This document shows, in pieces, positions 62,122 through 64,000 of a DNA stretch of 64,000 bases. Source of the DNA: Oculina patagonica (Eukaryota); contig NC_135762.1 of the NCBI RefSeq assembly GCF_052425735.1, positions 372,001 to 436,000 on the forward strand, read 5' to 3'. Position 1 is the first letter of the stretch. Each line of letters starts with the position of its first letter. A model generated the notes under the pieces. It was not told the origin of the DNA. It worked only from the letters and a program-made list of their open reading frames with translations, and ran no database searches. Position numbers and translations under genes: made by a program.

Positions 62122-64000
62122 GTAGGTGTAAAACAGCTTTGTACAATCAGTTTTTAAAACGCTAAATTTCAAGTTATGTTAGTCCATAGTTTGTAGCAGT
62201 TCCCTACGCTTAAAGATCGTTGTTTATGATTATATTAAAGATGTCTTTAAGGCGCGTAAACTAAGCTTGGCTCGAAACAGCGTTGAGGTCACAACCCTGC
62301 CTTCCTTTTAATTTTTATTTCTCGGTTTCCGTTACACTGGAAGCATTTAAAGAAGTACTGCTTAATACTTAATGACTTAATACTCGCTGTTTAGCTCTTT
62401 TCGTCTATAACTATAATTTAAGCAAAATTAGACCATTATTCATTAGGCTTAAGGCAGGCGCCAAGTCTTATCTTATCGAGATAAAGTTCAAAGATTAAAG
62501 GGTCGGAAGATTGTTTATCTTTGTAGACAATCATTTTTAGCTTTGGACTTAGAAGAGTATTACGTTTATTTTTTCGTGTTAGTCGATTGTAATCTCATTT
62601 GTTTTCGCAGTCTAAAATTTCCGCCAAAGGGGAAAAAGTCAACGATAATCGAACTAACGGCTTTTCTAATTGCGGCTCTTTTCTCCGACAATTACGTGCA
62701 TTAATTTTCATGCAATATGTTGGGAATTCTAGTTTGATACAAAATGGCTTTATAAGCGTAATTACTTCTGTTATCTGTAAATTCCACGGCAGATTGGCCC
62801 GGGGCTTTATTTTGCGTTTTTAAAAACGTTTACTGCATACAGTCGATAATTTAGAAAACAGAACTTATCTGCTACGCCTCGGATACGGTGCACGAAAAAT
62901 TTGGCACGTTTTGTGAAAATGTAGTTTCTGTGGTTCTGTAGCTATCGGTTCCTTACAAATTGTGTACATATGCTTTTGCAATACAAATTCTATGGCTCTT
63001 AGAAAAACTTTACTATTTTAGCTTGTTCTAGAAGCATCGTTTGTCTACCTTTTAAATTCCGTGTAATGTATATCTTATTTTTTATGTTTATGTCTAAAGT
63101 CGCCGGATCCAACTATGAAAATTTATCGATTCGATTTTTTTTGTAGTTCCGCACAAGAAATACCCATTTATATTTTACAAGGAAAATTTGACAAACAACT
63201 GCACTATCCTTCCTGCAATGTGCTCGCTGTCTTTGTTCTTAGTGAAATTAAATTTCCTTTTAGCTCGACCGAGTCTAACACGCTAATGGGAGATATTTGT
63301 CCGGTTTCCTTTGTAATGTGTTGGATGCGCGTGTTAATTAGATAAAAGATTTAGTTCCATTTTCTCGGACTCTCTGTAATTCTAAGTACTTTCCTCAACA
63401 AACAAGGAATTACGCCTATTTAAGTTGCCATTTTCATGATAATAAAAGGCTTTAAGTCTTTACTAATCTAATAAAAGTATTTTGTGAGATACAGAATCTA
63501 GTTATTTGCAAATTGCGGTGAGCTTTGTTCTTGGGCACAGCATTTATGGTCAAATTTATATTGATTAGGCTGACTTTACAGCCCTAGTTCTTTCCAGTGC
63601 CTGACAAATCTAGTTTAGGTTGGTTTGCATGAAAACTGAAGCCTTCTATATTGCTACAAATCCTTTCCAGGCGTGAAATTCGTTAGGCTCTGTTTATAGT
63701 AGAGCGGAGATATCGTCGTTGAGTGAATAACTCTTAATTTAAAGAGAGTAGGCAGGAAGGGAACTCTAAAAATAGTTTGGCCTAAACCCCATGTCCGCTA
63801 AACTTTAAATGATTAGTTCCGTCCTAGAAAACCACTTTAAATTGTTTATAATAAGTACGTGCTCTTAGCCAGAGTCCTGAAATAGCCCCTAGCGCTGTTC
63901 TTTCCTTTTTCTTTTCAGCGTAAGAGTTACGCGCTTGATTTTGTTGAGTCGCCGATGGTGCTTTGCTCCACGGTAAACAAGGCAGTGAGCGTTGTGCTAG

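Overview
AT-rich, intron-rich eukaryotic DNA; gene content and repeat families point to a cnidarian, probably a stony coral (inference). Seven spliced protein-coding genes can be reconstructed by hand: a secreted GH18 chitinase (-), MSL3 (-) head-to-head with MCTS1 (+), the telomere protein RAP1/TERF2IP (+; absent from the ORF track and split by a 500-N gap), a DELE1-like Sel1-repeat gene (-), and NUDCD2 (-) head-to-head with cytosolic leucyl-tRNA synthetase LARS1 (+; runs off the window). Main non-obvious results: (1) three paralogous box C/D snoRNAs in LARS1 introns sharing an 18S guide equivalent to SNORD62/snR41; (2) a 6-nt microexon needed right after the LeuRS HIGH motif; (3) a U12-type intron in MCTS1 and a GC-AG intron in MSL3; (4) a ~590-bp palindrome built from four tRNA-SINE heads and flanked by one target-site duplication; (5) AcademH-type elements with 9-bp TSDs, twice inserted at the same position of another element's terminus; (6) a TIR-derived 196-bp tandem array; (7) tiny uORFs upstream of DELE1. 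No CRISPR array or prokaryotic system is present. All coordinates and homologies were read by eye or recalled; no database search was run.
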